A stretch of DNA of 64,000 nt from Oscillospiraceae bacterium (GCA_021199795.1 JAJQHJ010000034.1:27270-91269), one strand, 5' to 3'; shown: positions 17,707 to 29,356, counted from the first letter of the stretch. Notes: a model not told the origin generated them from the sequence alone. Numbers and translations are program-made.

Positions 17707-18540
17707 ATGGCTATAAAGAGCTACAAGCCGACTACCAACGGTCGCAGAGGTATGACCGTTACCGACTACAGCGGCTTGTCCAAGGTTAAGCCGGAGAGAA
17801 GTCTTCTCGAACCCAAGAAGAAGACCGCCGGCAGAAACAGCTATGGCAGAATCACCGTTCGTCATCACGGCGGCGGAGAAAGAAAAAAGTATCGTGTAAT
17901 CGACTTCAAGAGAGACAAGACCGGCATGGATGCCACTGTTCTCACCCTTGAGCACGATCCTAACCGTTCCGCTCATATTGCTTTGGTTCAGTATGGGGAC
18001 GGCGAGAAGAGATACATCATCGCACCGAACGGACTTAACGTCGGTGACACCGTAAGAGCAGGCGCAGACGCCGACATCAAGCCGGGCAACGCACTTCCTC
18101 TTATGAACATCCCCGTTGGTACGTTCATCCACAATATTGAGCTTTATCCCGGCAAGGGCGCACAGCTTGTCCGTTCCGCCGGAAACATGGCTCAGCTTAT
18201 GGGACGTGAGAACGAAAAGGTTCTTATAAGACTTCCCTCCGGTGAAATGAGATATGTTCCTGCAAACTGCATGGCAACAATCGGTCAGGTCGGCAACATC
18301 GACCATGAGAACGTTCACCTCGGCAAGGCTGGTAGAAAGCGTCACATGGGCGTAAGACCCACAGTCCGTGGTTCTGTTATGAACCCGAATGACCACCCTC
18401 ACGGCGGTGGCGAGGGCAAGTCTCCTGTTGGACGTCCCTCACCTGTTACACCTTGGGGCAAGCCTACTATGGGTTATAAGACTCGTAAGAAGAAGAACCG
18501 CACAGACAAGTTTATAGTCAAGCGTCGTAACGCCAAGTAA
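17707..18540 (+). CDS. rplB: 50S ribosomal protein L2
   Basis: Start moved to ATG 17707 ([14 protein letters not shown]), behind AAGGAG. Contains HPHGGGEGK. Confidence 0.96.
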   Translation: MAIKSYKPTTNGRRGMTVTDYSGLSKVKPERSLLEPKKKTAGRNSYGRITVRHHGGGERKKYRVIDFKRDKTGMDATVLTLEHDPNRSAHIALVQYGDGEKRYIIAPNGLNVGDTVRAGADADIKPGNALPLMNIPVGTFIHNIELYPGKGAQLVRSAGNMAQLMGRENEKVLIRLPSGEMRYVPANCMATIGQVGNIDHENVHLGKAGRKRHMGVRPTVRGSVMNPNDHPHGGGEGKSPVGRPSPVTPWGKPTMGYKTRKKKNRTDKFIVKRRNAK

Positions 18541-18562
18541 TGCGAAGGGAGGCAGATGAATA

Positions 18563-18844
18563 ATGGGCAGAAGCATTAAGAAGGGACCATTCGTACAGGA
18601 ATCCCTCTATAAGAAAGTAGTTGCCATGAACGAGACCGGCGAGAAGAAAGCCATCAAGACATGGTCGAGAGCATCCGTTATCTTCCCCGAATTCGTGGGA
18701 CACACATTTGCCGTCCACGATGGACGCAAGCATGTTCCGGTATATGTCACTGAGGACATGGTCGGACACAGACTTGGTGAGTTCGCACCGACGAGAACTT
18801 TCAAGGGTCACGCCGGTTCAAAGACTTCCAACAACGGCAAGTAA
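18563..18844 (+). CDS. rpsS: 30S ribosomal protein S19
   Basis: 93 aa, [11 protein letters not shown]...[28 protein letters not shown]. Confidence 0.97.
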   Translation: MGRSIKKGPFVQESLYKKVVAMNETGEKKAIKTWSRASVIFPEFVGHTFAVHDGRKHVPVYVTEDMVGHRLGEFAPTRTFKGHAGSKTSNNGK

Positions 18845-18858
18845 AGGAGGAGATTTAG

Positions 18859-19194
18859 ATGGAAGCAAGAGCAGTATTAAAGACTGCACGCATTGCTCCT
18901 CGTAAGGTCGAAATTGTCCTCAACCTGATAAGAGGCAAGGACCTCGAGACAGCATTGGCAATCGTAAAGCATACTCCTAAGGCTGCCTGTGAGTATCTGG
19001 AGAAGCTCCTGAACTCGGCTGCGGCTAACGCAGAGAATAACTTCGGACTTGACAAGAAGTCTCTTTACGTCAAAGAGTGCTATGTCAATCCGGGACCGAC
19101 CATGAAGAGAATGCAGCCTGTATCAAAGGGCAGAGGACACAAGATTCTCAAGAGAACCTCAAACATCACTGTGGTTCTCGGCGAAGCGGAATAA
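18859..19194 (+). CDS. rplV: 50S ribosomal protein L22
   Basis: 111 aa, ARIAPRKVEIVLNLIRGK. Confidence 0.96.
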   Translation: MEARAVLKTARIAPRKVEIVLNLIRGKDLETALAIVKHTPKAACEYLEKLLNSAAANAENNFGLDKKSLYVKECYVNPGPTMKRMQPVSKGRGHKILKRTSNITVVLGEAE

Positions 19195-19212
19195 GGCGGC
19201 AGGAGGTAGACT

Positions 19213-20028
19213 ATGGGACAAAAAGTAAACCCACACGGAATGCGTGTTGGAATAATCAAGGACTGGGATTCCCGCTGGTTTGCAGATAAGAGCACTTTCG
19301 GTGATACTCTTGTAGAGGACTACAACATCCGTAAGTACGTCAAGAAGACTCTGTATTCCGCCGGTGTTCCGAAGATTGAAATCGAAAGATTCGCCGACAA
19401 GGTGAAGATCAACATCTGGTGCGCTAAGCCCGGTATTGTTATCGGAAGAGGCGGCGAAGCTGTTGAAAAACTCAGACATGATATCGAGGCTAAGATCGGC
19501 AAGACCGTATCCCTCAATATCATCGAAGTCAAGTCTCCCGACCTCAACGCTCAGCTGGTAGCTGAAAAGATAGCTCTCGACCTTGAGAACAGAATCTCAT
19601 TCAGAAGAGCTATGAAAGGTGCTATAAGCAGAGCAATGAAGCTCGGAGCTAAGGGTATCAAGGTCAAGGCAGGCGGCAGACTCGGCGGTGCTGAAATCGC
19701 TAGAAGTGAGAGCTACCACGAGGGTACCATCCCGCTTCAGACCATCAGAGCTGACATTGACTACGGCTTTGCTGAGGCTGCAACAACCTACGGCAAGATC
19801 GGTATCAAGGTCTGGATCTACAAGGGAGAAGTCCTCAAGGGCGAAATCTCCAAGACCGAGGAAAAGGCTCCTGATAACCGTAGAAACCGTAAGCCTAGGT
19901 CTGGCGACGACAGACGCCGTGGCGACAGAAACGGCAACTCAAGACCGAGACAGAATAGGGACGGCAATCGTAACTATGAAAATCGCGGCGAGAGATACAA
20001 TCAGAACAAAGAAGGAGGTAATAAGTAA
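19213..20028 (+). CDS. rpsC: 30S ribosomal protein S3 with Arg/Asn/Gly-rich C-terminal extension
   Basis: [18 protein letters not shown]... KH and S3-C domains, then a ~55-aa tail [58 protein letters not shown]. Confidence 0.96.
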   Translation: MGQKVNPHGMRVGIIKDWDSRWFADKSTFGDTLVEDYNIRKYVKKTLYSAGVPKIEIERFADKVKINIWCAKPGIVIGRGGEAVEKLRHDIEAKIGKTVSLNIIEVKSPDLNAQLVAEKIALDLENRISFRRAMKGAISRAMKLGAKGIKVKAGGRLGGAEIARSESYHEGTIPLQTIRADIDYGFAEAATTYGKIGIKVWIYKGEVLKGEISKTEEKAPDNRRNRKPRSGDDRRRGDRNGNSRPRQNRDGNRNYENRGERYNQNKEGGNK

Positions 20029-20465
20029 TGTTACTTCCAAAGAGAGTCAAATATCGTAAGCAGCAGCGCGGACGCATGAAAGGCAAGGCTACAAGAGGCA
20101 ACAAGGTTTCATACGGTGAGTATGGACTTCAGGCACTCGAGCCGGCATGGATCACCTCAGCTCAGATTGAGGCAGCCCGTATCGCAATGACACGTTACAT
20201 CAAGCGTGGTGGACAGGTATGGATCAAGATTTTCCCTGACAAGCCTGTAACAACCAAGGCTTTGGGACTCCGAATGGGTTCCGGTAAAGGTACTCCTGAG
20301 TACTGGGTAGCAGTTGTCAAGCCGGGCAGAGTCATGTTTGAAATCGCAGGCGTGTCCGAAGATGTTGCAAGAGAGGCTATGCGTCTTGCAATGCACAAGC
20401 TGCCGATCAAGTGCAAGTTTGTTAAACGTGAAGAAGAAGCTTCAGAAACGGGTGGTGAGCAATAA
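20028..20465 (+). CDS. rplP: 50S ribosomal protein L16
   Basis: 145 aa, [19 protein letters not shown]. Confidence 0.97.
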   Translation: MLLPKRVKYRKQQRGRMKGKATRGNKVSYGEYGLQALEPAWITSAQIEAARIAMTRYIKRGGQVWIKIFPDKPVTTKALGLRMGSGKGTPEYWVAVVKPGRVMFEIAGVSEDVAREAMRLAMHKLPIKCKFVKREEEASETGGEQ

Positions 20466-20656
20466 TGAAGGTCAGTGAGATAAGAGAAATGACTCCCGTC
20501 GAGATGGACAAGAAGCTCGACGATTTGAGAAAAGAGCTTTTCAACCTTCGCTTCCAGCACGCTGTAAATCAGCTCGACAACCCCATGAGAATCAAGGCTG
20601 TTAAGAAGGATATTGCTCGTATCAAGACTGTTATTCGCGAGCAAGAGCCCAAGTAA
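20465..20656 (+). CDS. rpmC: 50S ribosomal protein L29
   Basis: 63 aa, [17 protein letters not shown]. Confidence 0.95.
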   Translation: MKVSEIREMTPVEMDKKLDDLRKELFNLRFQHAVNQLDNPMRIKAVKKDIARIKTVIREQEPK

Positions 20657-20679
20657 GCCGCGAAGAAGGAGGATTTACT

Positions 20680-20937
20680 GTGAGCGAAAGAAAGCTTAGA
20701 AAGACAAGGGTCGGCAAGGTTGTTTCCGACAAGATGGACAAGACAATTGTAGTCGCTATCGAGGACAACGTAAGACACCCTTTGTATGGCAAGATTATCA
20801 AGAGAACGGTCAAGTTCAAGGCTCATGACGAAGAGAACGTCGCACACACCGGCGACAAGGTCGAGATTATGGAAACAAGACCTTTGTCCAAGGACAAGAG
20901 ATGGAGACTCGTCAGGGTTGTTGAGCAGGCTAAGTAA
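20680..20937 (+). CDS. rpsQ: 30S ribosomal protein S17
   Basis: 85 aa, GTG start, [22 protein letters not shown]...HPLYGK. Confidence 0.95.
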   Translation: MSERKLRKTRVGKVVSDKMDKTIVVAIEDNVRHPLYGKIIKRTVKFKAHDEENVAHTGDKVEIMETRPLSKDKRWRLVRVVEQAK

Positions 20938-21059
20938 TTGAGGGTTCCGGTGCGGCACGGTGAGCAACCGCCCGCAGGGTAATCCGAAGAGTAAACGAGG
21001 GTCGGTGAATAACGGATCCGGCACTCAGATTTCTTTAATACTGAAAGGAGGAACTTGCT

Positions 21060-21428
21060 GTGATACAAATGCAGACAAGACTCAAAGCCGCTGACAACAC
21101 CGGAGCCAAGGAACTCCAGTGCATCAGAGTTTTGGGTGGCACCCGCAGAAGATATGCAAACATCGGCGACGTAGTCGTTGCTTCAGTCAAGAAAGCTGCA
21201 CCCGGTGGCATGGTCAAGAAGGGTGACGTTGTAAAAGCAGTAATTGTTCGTTCAGCATCCGGTCTTCGTCGCGAGGACGGAACCTATATCCGTTTCGACG
21301 AGAACGCAGCTGTAATAATCAAGGAAGATAAGACACCAAGAGGTACGAGAATCTTCGGGCCAGTAGCCCGTGAGCTCAGAGATAATGACTATGTCAAGAT
21401 CCTGTCTCTCGCACCCGAGGTACTGTAA
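21060..21428 (+). CDS. rplN: 50S ribosomal protein L14
   Basis: 122 aa, GTG start, [27 protein letters not shown] upstream. Confidence 0.96.
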   Translation: MIQMQTRLKAADNTGAKELQCIRVLGGTRRRYANIGDVVVASVKKAAPGGMVKKGDVVKAVIVRSASGLRREDGTYIRFDENAAVIIKEDKTPRGTRIFGPVARELRDNDYVKILSLAPEVL

Positions 21429-21445
21429 GGAGGAGCCGACTAGAT

Positions 21446-21766
21446 ATGAATAAGATTCACGTTAAAACCGGTGACTCAGTAGTTGTTCTCTCTGGCAAGG
21501 ACAAGGGCAAGAAAGGTAAAGTCTTGGCTGTATCCCCCAAGGAGGGCAAGGTAATAGTTGAGGGCATCAACATGGCTACAAAGTCAGTCAAGCCCCGTAG
21601 ACAGGGTGAAGCTGGCGGCATCGTCAAGGCAGAAGCAGCTATGTACTCAAGCAAGGTTCAGCTCGTTTGCCCGAAGTGTGGCAGAGGAGTCAGAACCGGA
21701 GTCAAGTTTGGTTCTGATGGCGAAAAGCTCAGAGTTTGCAAGCGTTGCGGCGCAGAAATCAAGTAG
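21446..21766 (+). CDS. rplX: 50S ribosomal protein L24
   Basis: 106 aa, KOW motif VKTGDSVVVLSGKDKGKKGKV. Confidence 0.95.
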   Translation: MNKIHVKTGDSVVVLSGKDKGKKGKVLAVSPKEGKVIVEGINMATKSVKPRRQGEAGGIVKAEAAMYSSKVQLVCPKCGRGVRTGVKFGSDGEKLRVCKRCGAEIK

Positions 21767-21777
21767 GAGGTTAGATT

Positions 21778-22317
21778 ATGGCAAGATTAAAAGATCAGTA
21801 TGTCAATGAAATAGCTCCTGCACTTATGAAGAAGTTCGGCTACAAGAACGTTATGCAGATTCCTGAGCTCGACAAGGTTGTCATCAACGTAGCTTGCGGC
21901 GAGGCTAAGGAGAATTCCAAGGTCGTTGACGCAGTTATGAATGACCTTTCTCTCATCACCGGTCAGAAGCCCGTTGTTTGCAAGGCTAAGAAGAGTGTTG
22001 CAAACTTCAAGCTCCGTGAGGGTATGCCCATCGGAGTTAAGGTTACCTTGAGAAGTGATAAGATGTATGAGTTCATCGACAGACTTTTCAACGTCGCGTT
22101 CCCCAGAGTTCGTGACTTCAAGGGCATCAACCCGAATTCATTCGACGGCAGAGGAAACTACTCCACCGGTATCAAGGAGCAGCTCATCTTCCCCGAAATC
22201 GAATTCGACAAGGTTGACAAGGTTCGCGGTATGGATATCAACTTCATCACAACCGCTAAGACCGATGAAGAGGCAAAGGAGCTTCTGAGTATGCTCGGTG
22301 CTCCGTTTGCAAAGTAA
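21778..22317 (+). CDS. rplE: 50S ribosomal protein L5
   Basis: 179 aa, MARLKDQY...[17 protein letters not shown]. Confidence 0.97.
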   Translation: MARLKDQYVNEIAPALMKKFGYKNVMQIPELDKVVINVACGEAKENSKVVDAVMNDLSLITGQKPVVCKAKKSVANFKLREGMPIGVKVTLRSDKMYEFIDRLFNVAFPRVRDFKGINPNSFDGRGNYSTGIKEQLIFPEIEFDKVDKVRGMDINFITTAKTDEEAKELLSMLGAPFAK

Positions 22318-22332
22318 GAGTGGAGGTAGATT

Positions 22333-22518
22333 ATGGCTAAAAAAGCAATGGTTTTAAAGCAGCAGGCAAAGCCTAAGTATTCGACCCGCGCTTACAACAG
22401 ATGCAAGATTTGCGGAAGACCTCACGGTTATCTGAGAAAGTACGGCATCTGCCGTATCTGCTTCAGAAAGCTTGCGCTTGAGGGACAGATCCCCGGCGTC
22501 AAGAAGTCGAGCTGGTAA
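22333..22518 (+). CDS. rpsN: 30S ribosomal protein S14, zinc-binding type Z
   Basis: 61 aa, [22 protein letters not shown] (CxxC...CxxC). Confidence 0.95.
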   Translation: MAKKAMVLKQQAKPKYSTRAYNRCKICGRPHGYLRKYGICRICFRKLALEGQIPGVKKSSW

Positions 22519-22538
22519 TTAGCGAAGGAGGCAAAAGT

Positions 22539-22937
22539 ATGCAGATTACTGATACAATAGCTGATTTGCTGACCAGAATTCGCAATGCAAGCTCAGCAAA
22601 GCACGCTACAGTTGATATTCCCGCGTCGAATATGAAGAAGTCGATCGTTCAGATTTTGCAGGATGAGGGCTACATCAAGTCCTATCAGGTAATTGAAGAC
22701 GGCAAGCAGGGAATCATCAGAGTTACACTTAAATATGACGAGAACAGAACACCGGTTATCTCCGGCATCAGAAGAGTTTCCAAGCCCGGTCTTAGAATCT
22801 ATTCTAGCTGTGAGGATATGCCTAAGGTACTCAAGGGCTTGGGTATCGCTATCGTTTCCACTTCCAAGGGAATCGTTACCGATAAGAAAGCAAGAGAGCT
22901 TGGCGTAGGCGGCGAGATTCTCGCATTCGTCTGGTAA
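22539..22937 (+). CDS. rpsH: 30S ribosomal protein S8
   Basis: 132 aa, [13 protein letters not shown]...GGEILAFVW. Confidence 0.97.
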   Translation: MQITDTIADLLTRIRNASSAKHATVDIPASNMKKSIVQILQDEGYIKSYQVIEDGKQGIIRVTLKYDENRTPVISGIRRVSKPGLRIYSSCEDMPKVLKGLGIAIVSTSKGIVTDKKARELGVGGEILAFVW

Positions 22938-22950
22938 GGAGGGCTGAATT

Positions 22951-23502
22951 ATGTCAAGAATAGGCTTAAAGCCAATCAGCGTTCCTGCCGGAGTTGAAGT
23001 ATCCGTTGCAGATGGCAACGTGGTTACTGTAAAGGGTCCTAAGGGAACACTTACTCAGAAGTTCAATCCCACTCTTTCCATCACCGTTGAGGATGGAACC
23101 TTAAAGGTTGCACGTCCCGATGACGAGGACAGATCCAAGGCTCTTCACGGTCTTACAAGAACCTTAGTCAACAATATGGTTGAGGGCGTTGTAAATGGCT
23201 ACTCTAAGACTCTCATCATCGAGGGTGTTGGTTACAGAGCTCAGAAGCAGGGCAAGGATGTTATCCTTAACCTTGGCTACTCACATCAGGTCACGATTTC
23301 CGAGACTGACGACATCAAGCTTGATGTTCCGCAGCCTAACCAGATTGTGGTCAAGGGAATCGACAAGCAGAAGGTAGGTCAGTTTGCCTGTGAAGTGCGC
23401 GCCAAGCGTCCTCCTGAGCCTTATAAGGGCAAGGGAATCCGCTACGACGGTGAAGTCATCCGCCGCAAGGAAGGCAAGGCCGGCAAGGGCGCAAAGAAGT
23501 AA
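22951..23502 (+). CDS. rplF: 50S ribosomal protein L6
   Basis: 183 aa, MSRIGLKPI...VKGPKGTL...EGVGYRA. Confidence 0.97.
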   Translation: MSRIGLKPISVPAGVEVSVADGNVVTVKGPKGTLTQKFNPTLSITVEDGTLKVARPDDEDRSKALHGLTRTLVNNMVEGVVNGYSKTLIIEGVGYRAQKQGKDVILNLGYSHQVTISETDDIKLDVPQPNQIVVKGIDKQKVGQFACEVRAKRPPEPYKGKGIRYDGEVIRRKEGKAGKGAKK

Positions 23503-23520
23503 ATAAGGGAGTAAGAATCT

Positions 23521-23880
23521 ATGGTAAAGACAATAGACAGAGCTAAGTCAAGAGCCAAGAGACATGCAAGAGTACGCGCTAAGGTCAGCGGTACCGCTTC
23601 GTGCCCGAGACTCAATGTCTTCCGCTCAGCGAAGCACATTTACGCTCAGGTGATTGATGACGTCACCGGAACAACTCTCTGCGCCGCTTCAAGTATGGAT
23701 AAGGACTTTGGAGCAAACGGCGGCAACGTCGATGGTGCTAAGAAAGTCGGCGAGGCAATTGCCGAGAAATGCAAGGCAAACGGCATAGAGGAAGTTGTTT
23801 TCGACAGAGGCGGCTATCTCTATCACGGACGTGTCGCGGCTTTGGCAGAGGGTGCCCGTGAGGGCGGACTCAAATTCTGA
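23521..23880 (+). CDS. rplR: 50S ribosomal protein L18
   Basis: 119 aa, [18 protein letters not shown]...[12 protein letters not shown]. Confidence 0.96.
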   Translation: MVKTIDRAKSRAKRHARVRAKVSGTASCPRLNVFRSAKHIYAQVIDDVTGTTLCAASSMDKDFGANGGNVDGAKKVGEAIAEKCKANGIEEVVFDRGGYLYHGRVAALAEGAREGGLKF

Positions 23881-23896
23881 GAGGAGGTAACGTATT

Positions 23897-24394
23897 TTGG
23901 CTATTATAGACGCTTCTCAAATGGAGCTTACCGAAAAGGTTGTAGCAATCAACCGTGTATCCAAGACGGTAAAGGGCGGACGTATCATGAAGTTCTCCGC
24001 ATTAATCGTTGTAGGTGACGGCAATGGCACAGTCGGCTACGGTATCGGAAAGTCGGGAGAAGTTACCGACGCTATCAGAAAAGGAATCGCTGATGCGAAG
24101 AAGAATCTGATAAAAGTATCACTTAAGGGAACAACAATTCCTCACGAGGTTGTCGGTGTCTACGGCGCAGGCAGAGTTCTTATGAGACCTGCTGCAGAGG
24201 GTACCGGAGTTATCGCCGGAGGTCCTGTTCGTTCCGTAATCGAGGCTGCAGGCATCAAGGATATAAGAACCAAGTCCTTAAAGTCCAATAACCCCTGCAA
24301 CGTCGTCAGAGCAACATTTGCAGGACTTGCTGAACTCAAGTCTGCCGAGGAAATGGCAGCCAAGAGAGGCAAGACCATCAAGGAAATAATCTGA
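23897..24394 (+). CDS. rpsE: 30S ribosomal protein S5
   Basis: 165 aa, TTG start, [30 protein letters not shown]. Confidence 0.96.
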   Translation: MAIIDASQMELTEKVVAINRVSKTVKGGRIMKFSALIVVGDGNGTVGYGIGKSGEVTDAIRKGIADAKKNLIKVSLKGTTIPHEVVGVYGAGRVLMRPAAEGTGVIAGGPVRSVIEAAGIKDIRTKSLKSNNPCNVVRATFAGLAELKSAEEMAAKRGKTIKEII

Positions 24395-24401
24395 GGAGGA
24401 A

Positions 24402-24584
24402 ATGATCATGTCAGTAAAAATTGAGCTTGTAAAAAGTCTCAACGGCAGACTCAAGGATCAGATCGCAACTGCAAACTCCTTAGGTCTTAGAAAAATCGGT
24501 GACGTTACGGTTCAGCCCGATAACGCACAGACGCAAGGTAAAATAAATAAGATCGTTCACCTTATCAAAGTTACCGAAGCATAA
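24402..24584 (+). CDS. rpmD: 50S ribosomal protein L30
   Basis: 60 aa, IELVKSLNGRLKDQIATANSLGLRKIGD. ATG 24408 is an equally plausible start. Confidence 0.92.
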   Translation: MIMSVKIELVKSLNGRLKDQIATANSLGLRKIGDVTVQPDNAQTQGKINKIVHLIKVTEA

Positions 24585-24606
24585 GAATTAAGGAGGTGCG
24601 AATAAA

Positions 24607-25047
24607 TTGAAATTGCACGATTTAGCACCTGCTGAGGGTTCCGTCAAGGACGTCAAGAGAATCGGAAGAGGACATGGCTCCGGACAGGGAAAAACAGCAG
24701 GAAAGGGACACAAGGGTCAGAATGCTCGTTCGGGCGGCGGTGTAAGACCGGGCTTTGAGGGCGGTCAGACCAGACTCGCGAGAAGAATCCCTAAGAGAGG
24801 CTTCAACAACAAATTTGCAGCTAAGTTAACGGCAATCAACGTCTCCGATCTCGAAAAGTTTGTCGACGGAACTGTCGTCGACACTGAGCTTCTTATCGCT
24901 GCCGGTATTGTCAAGAATGAGGGCAACGGAATCAAGGTACTCGGAAACGGCGAGCTCACCAAGAAGCTCACTGTCAAGGCAGCCGCTTACTCCGCTTCAG
25001 CTAAGGAGAAGATTGAGAAGGCAGGCGGAGAGGCAGAGGTGATCTAA
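24607..25047 (+). CDS. rplO: 50S ribosomal protein L15
   Basis: 146 aa, TTG start, [12 protein letters not shown]...[19 protein letters not shown]. Confidence 0.96.
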   Translation: MKLHDLAPAEGSVKDVKRIGRGHGSGQGKTAGKGHKGQNARSGGGVRPGFEGGQTRLARRIPKRGFNNKFAAKLTAINVSDLEKFVDGTVVDTELLIAAGIVKNEGNGIKVLGNGELTKKLTVKAAAYSASAKEKIEKAGGEAEVI

Positions 25048-26343
25048 GTGTTTGAGACTCTCAGAAACGCTTGGAAAGTGCCTGAGATAAGAAAGAAAGT
25101 TTTATACACATTTCTTATCTTCATCATCTACAGACTCGGCGGATATATCCCCGTCCCGTTCCTCGATTCAACCGCTATTGCAGAGATGATTGAGGGCTCG
25201 AACAATCTGTTCAGCTATCTGAACACTCTCTCCGGCGGCACTTTCTCAAGAGCAACACTTCTGTGTTTGTCGGTTTCACCGTACATCAACGCACAGATCA
25301 TTATGCAGCTTTTAACATTCGCTATTCCCGCACTCGAAAGACTCGCCAAGGAGGGCGAAGAGGGCAGAAAGAAGATTGGCACCATAACCAAGATCTTGGC
25401 TCTCGTTATCGCACTCTTCCAGTCATGGGCTTACTATCTCACCCTTAAGAACGCAGGTGCTTTAACCTACACCACCGGCTTCTCAAAGGTTCTTTCAGAG
25501 ATCATCATCATAGCCTGCTTCACAGCTGGTGCTATGCTCGTTATCTGGCTCGGTTCGCTCATCGACAAGAACGGAATCGGCAACGGCATGTCAATGCTCA
25601 TCTTCGCCGGTATCGTGGCAGAGCTTCCGCAGTCGTTCGGAAACATCTTCGCAACACTCGCAAACACAGGCTCTGCAGGATATATCATCCTCATACCTAT
25701 TATCATCATCATCTTCATCGCCATGATCATGTTCATCGTCTTCATGGACAACGCTGAAAGAAGAGTTCCTATCCAGTACGCAAAGCGCGTAGTTGGCAGA
25801 AAGATCTACGGCGGTCAGTCAACATATCTTCCGATCAAGGTTTCGATGGCAGGCGTTTTGCCGATAATCTTTGCGATGAGCTTCATGTCCATCCCGCAGA
25901 CTATTGCAATGTTTACAGGTGAGCCGACACAGGGCACTGTATGGTATACCATCTACAACTGCTTCACAACGACTCATCCCGTTTACGCAACACTCTACTT
26001 CATCCTCATCATAGCATTCAGCTATTTCTACATTTCGATGCAGTATGATCCGGTCGAGATTGCAAATAATCTCCGCCAGAACAACGGCGGCATCCCGGGC
26101 ATCCGTCCCGGCAAGCCCACCAGCGACTACATCACGAGAATTGTTCACAAACTCACTCTCGTCGGTGCACTGTTCCTTGGCGTTGTAGCTATCTTCCCGA
26201 TCATCTTTGCTCAGATTACAGGCATTTCAAACCTGGCTCTCGGCGGTACTTCGATCCTCATCGTAGTAAGTGTTGCACTTGAGACAGTTCGTCAGCTTGA
26301 ATCTCAGCTCATGATGCGTCACTACAAGGGATTTTTGGACTAA
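25048..26343 (+). CDS. secY: preprotein translocase subunit SecY
   Basis: 431 aa, GTG start, 10-TM pattern, IPVPF...GGIPGIRPGKPT. Conserved position after rplO. Confidence 0.96.
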   Translation: MFETLRNAWKVPEIRKKVLYTFLIFIIYRLGGYIPVPFLDSTAIAEMIEGSNNLFSYLNTLSGGTFSRATLLCLSVSPYINAQIIMQLLTFAIPALERLAKEGEEGRKKIGTITKILALVIALFQSWAYYLTLKNAGALTYTTGFSKVLSEIIIIACFTAGAMLVIWLGSLIDKNGIGNGMSMLIFAGIVAELPQSFGNIFATLANTGSAGYIILIPIIIIIFIAMIMFIVFMDNAERRVPIQYAKRVVGRKIYGGQSTYLPIKVSMAGVLPIIFAMSFMSIPQTIAMFTGEPTQGTVWYTIYNCFTTTHPVYATLYFILIIAFSYFYISMQYDPVEIANNLRQNNGGIPGIRPGKPTSDYITRIVHKLTLVGALFLGVVAIFPIIFAQITGISNLALGGTSILIVVSVALETVRQLESQLMMRHYKGFLD

Positions 26344-26406
26344 AATGATCGCAGGCGTTGTGCGTTTTTGCACAACGTCGGCATCAGCGTAGAAAGGAGA
26401 TACCAC

Positions 26407-27039
26407 ATGAATATTATTTTGCTCGGCGCACCCGGTGCCGGAAAGGGCACCCAGGCGGAGGTAATCTGCAAGGCTAAGAGCATCCCTGCAATCTCGACTG
26501 GCAACATGTTGAGAGAGGCAGTAGCTCAGGGCACAGAGGCAGGACTTTCAGCCAAGACCTATATGGACAGAGGCGACCTCGTTCCTGATGAGGCAATAAT
26601 TGCAATTCTCAAGGACAGAATCACACAGGACGACTGCAAGAATGGCTTCATTCTTGATGGCTTCCCGAGAACTGTTCCTCAGGCAGAGGCTCTTGAGACC
26701 ATGGGCGTTAACATCGACAAGGTTATCGAGATTCACGTTCCTGACGAGAAGATAGTTGCAAGAATGTCTGGCAGGCGTGTCTGCGAAAAATGCGGCAACT
26801 CCTATCATGTAGACTATAAGCCGACCAAGGTGGAGGGCATATGCGATGCCTGCGGCGGCAGGGTGGTCATCCGCAAGGACGATGAGCCCGCTACCGTTCT
26901 TGACAGACTTAAAGTCTATCATGAGAAAACGGCACCTCTCAAGGACTTCTACGAGGCTAAGGGAAAACTCGTAACCGTAGAGGGTCAGGAAGAGGTTGCC
27001 GACACAACAAAGCTTACTCTTAAAGCTTTAGAGGCTTAA
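26407..27039 (+). CDS. adk: adenylate kinase (Zn-lid type)
   Basis: Start moved to ATG 26407 ([16 protein letters not shown]), behind GAAAGGAG. Lid CEKCG...CDACGG. Confidence 0.96.
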   Translation: MNIILLGAPGAGKGTQAEVICKAKSIPAISTGNMLREAVAQGTEAGLSAKTYMDRGDLVPDEAIIAILKDRITQDDCKNGFILDGFPRTVPQAEALETMGVNIDKVIEIHVPDEKIVARMSGRRVCEKCGNSYHVDYKPTKVEGICDACGGRVVIRKDDEPATVLDRLKVYHEKTAPLKDFYEAKGKLVTVEGQEEVADTTKLTLKALEA

Positions 27040-27043
27040 GATC

Positions 27044-27796
27044 GTGATAAACATAAAGTCATCTAAAGACTTACTCAAAATGCGCAAAGCGGGAGAGATA
27101 ACAGGCGGTGCTTTGGTTGCCGCCGGAAAAGCTCTTCATGCAGGTATGACCACAAAAGAGCTTGACAAGGTTGTTCACTCATACATCACCTCCCGTGGCG
27201 CAAAACCCTCGTTTTTAGGGTATGGCGGATTTCCCGCCTCGGCGTGCATATCGGTCAATGACACCGTTATCCACGGAATACCCTCGTCGAAAGAGGTTAT
27301 CAAAAACGGAGACATAGTTTCCGTTGATGTTGGTGCATATATCGACGGATTTCACGGCGACAGTGCGTATACTTTTAAGGTAGGAGAGATTGATCCCGCC
27401 GTTCAGGGCTTGCTAGATGCCACCGAGGAGAGCCTTATGCTTGCCATTTCGATGGCTAAGCCGGGCGTGAGAATCGGTGACCTGTCAGCTGCCATCCAGG
27501 AGTATACAGAGTCCCGTGGCTACGGAGTAGTCAGAGAATACGTCGGTCATGGAGTGGGGAGCAATCTTCATGAGGAGCCGGAGGTTCCGAATTTCGGGCG
27601 TGCCGGTCATGGACCAAGGCTTATGAGCGGAATGGTCATCGCAATTGAGCCGATGATAACGCTTGGAAGCCCGGCAGTAAAGGTCTTAGACGATGGCTGG
27701 ACAGTCAAAACCAGAGACGGTAAAGCCGCTGCCCACTTTGAACACACAATAGCGATAACTCCCGACGGTGCCGTAATCTTAACGGCGCGCGAATAG
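27044..27796 (+). CDS. map: type I methionine aminopeptidase
   Basis: 250 aa, GTG start, FHGDSAYTF...YVGHGVG...IEPM. Confidence 0.95.
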   Translation: MINIKSSKDLLKMRKAGEITGGALVAAGKALHAGMTTKELDKVVHSYITSRGAKPSFLGYGGFPASACISVNDTVIHGIPSSKEVIKNGDIVSVDVGAYIDGFHGDSAYTFKVGEIDPAVQGLLDATEESLMLAISMAKPGVRIGDLSAAIQEYTESRGYGVVREYVGHGVGSNLHEEPEVPNFGRAGHGPRLMSGMVIAIEPMITLGSPAVKVLDDGWTVKTRDGKAAAHFEHTIAITPDGAVILTARE

Positions 27797-27806
27797 GAGG
27801 GAACCC

Positions 27807-28079
27807 GTGAACGTCGTCAAGGGCTCGGTTGTGAGATCCACGGCTGGCCGAGATCGGGGCGGCTACTTCGTTGCTGTAGACGTTACCGACCGCTTCGTTA
27901 CAATCGCTGACGGCAAGGAGCGAAAGCTCTCTAGTCCCAAGCGAAAGAACGTAAGACACATTTCACCGACAAGCCATGTGATTGAGCTATCCGGCATGAC
28001 AGATAAAAAGCTTAAAAGGCTGCTTCGGGAATTTGAACCCGAAATTCGTGAAGAAGCCGTTACGACCGGACGAGAATAA
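27807..28079 (+). CDS. small KOW-domain RNA-binding protein
   Basis: 90 aa, GTG start, KGSVVRSTAGRDRGGYFVAV. Occupies the map-infA slot, as is typical in Clostridia. Confidence 0.7.
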   Translation: MNVVKGSVVRSTAGRDRGGYFVAVDVTDRFVTIADGKERKLSSPKRKNVRHISPTSHVIELSGMTDKKLKRLLREFEPEIREEAVTTGRE

Positions 28080-28095
28080 GAAATGAGGAATTTTA

Positions 28096-28314
28096 TTGTC
28101 CAAGGAAAATGTAATTGAACTTGAAGGCACCGTTCTGGAAGCACTGCCGGGAGCTAAGTTCCAGGTTGAGCTCGCAAACGGGCACAAGATTCTCGCCTAT
28201 GTCTCCGGTAAGCTGGGGCTTAACCACATAAGAATAGTCCCGGGTGACCGCGTGACGGTCGAGATGTCGCCGTATGATTTGACTAAGGGAAGAATCACAT
28301 GGCGGTCAAAATAA
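28096..28314 (+). CDS. infA: translation initiation factor IF-1
   Basis: 72 aa, TTG start, [34 protein letters not shown]...[14 protein letters not shown]. Confidence 0.96.
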   Translation: MSKENVIELEGTVLEALPGAKFQVELANGHKILAYVSGKLGLNHIRIVPGDRVTVEMSPYDLTKGRITWRSK

Positions 28315-28331
28315 GGATCAGGAACCAGTAA

Positions 28332-28538
<207 letters not shown>

Positions 28539-28566
28539 AGAAAGTTAATGGAGGTGCCACTAAAAT

Positions 28567-28935
28567 ATGGCTCGTATAGCAAGTATAGACCTTCCGAGAG
28601 ATAAAAGAATTGAGGTTGCACTCACCTATATCTACGGAATCGGTCAGCCCACGGCGACAAAAATCTGCAAGGAAACCGGTGTAGATCCCGATGTTCGTGT
28701 CAAGGATATGAGTGAAGACGATGTAGCAAAGATCCGTGAATACATCGACCATAATCTCATTGTTGAGGGCGACAAGCGCAGAGAAGTCCAGCTCAACATC
28801 AAGAGACTTATCGAAGTCGGCTGCTACAGAGGAACCCGTCACCGCAAGGGTCTTCCCGTAAGAGGTCAGAGAACCAAGACCAATGCAAGAACTCGCAAGG
28901 GTCCTGTTAAGACAGTCGCTAACAAGAAGAAGTAA
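28567..28935 (+). CDS. rpsM: 30S ribosomal protein S13
   Basis: 122 aa, [26 protein letters not shown]. Confidence 0.97.
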   Translation: MARIASIDLPRDKRIEVALTYIYGIGQPTATKICKETGVDPDVRVKDMSEDDVAKIREYIDHNLIVEGDKRREVQLNIKRLIEVGCYRGTRHRKGLPVRGQRTKTNARTRKGPVKTVANKKK

Positions 28936-28948
28936 GGAGGGATAGAAC

Positions 28949-29356
28949 ATGGCTCAGAAACAGGCAAGCGGCAAGAAGACAGTCGTCCGTCGCCGCAGAG
29001 AAAGAAAGAATATAGAACAGGGACAGGTTCATATCCAGTCCACATTCAACAATACAATCGTAACCATCACCGATATGCAGGGCAATGCGATTTCATGGGC
29101 TTCCGCCGGAGGACTCGGCTTCAGAGGCTCAAAGAAGTCTACACCGTTCGCTGCTCAGACTGCTGCTGAAACAGCTGCCAGAGCTGCAAAGGAGCATGGA
29201 CTAAAGACCGTTGAGGTTTACGTAAAGGGCCCCGGACAGGGAAGAGAAGCAGCAATCAGAGCACTCCAGGCTGAGGATTTGGAAGTAAGACTCATCAAGG
29301 ATGTCACTCCTATTCCCCACAACGGATGCCGTCCTTCCAAACGTAGAAGAGTTTAG
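28949..29356 (+). CDS. rpsK: 30S ribosomal protein S11
   Basis: 135 aa, [16 protein letters not shown]...[18 protein letters not shown]. Confidence 0.97.
   Translation: MAQKQASGKKTVVRRRRERKNIEQGQVHIQSTFNNTIVTITDMQGNAISWASAGGLGFRGSKKSTPFAAQTAAETAARAAKEHGLKTVEVYVKGPGQGREAAIRALQAEDLEVRLIKDVTPIPHNGCRPSKRRRV

Noticed and set aside
17476-18402. 308-aa minus-strand ORF
   Set aside because: It lies entirely antisense to rplW/rplB, which are unambiguous. It has no RBS and an odd Cys/His/Val-rich composition. This is a typical shadow ORF of a highly expressed gene.
24402-24407. Possible mis-start of rpmD
   Set aside because: ATG 24402 and ATG 24408 are both compatible with the GGAGG at ~24393-24397. 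This cannot be resolved from sequence alone, so I kept the track coordinates and noted the ambiguity.
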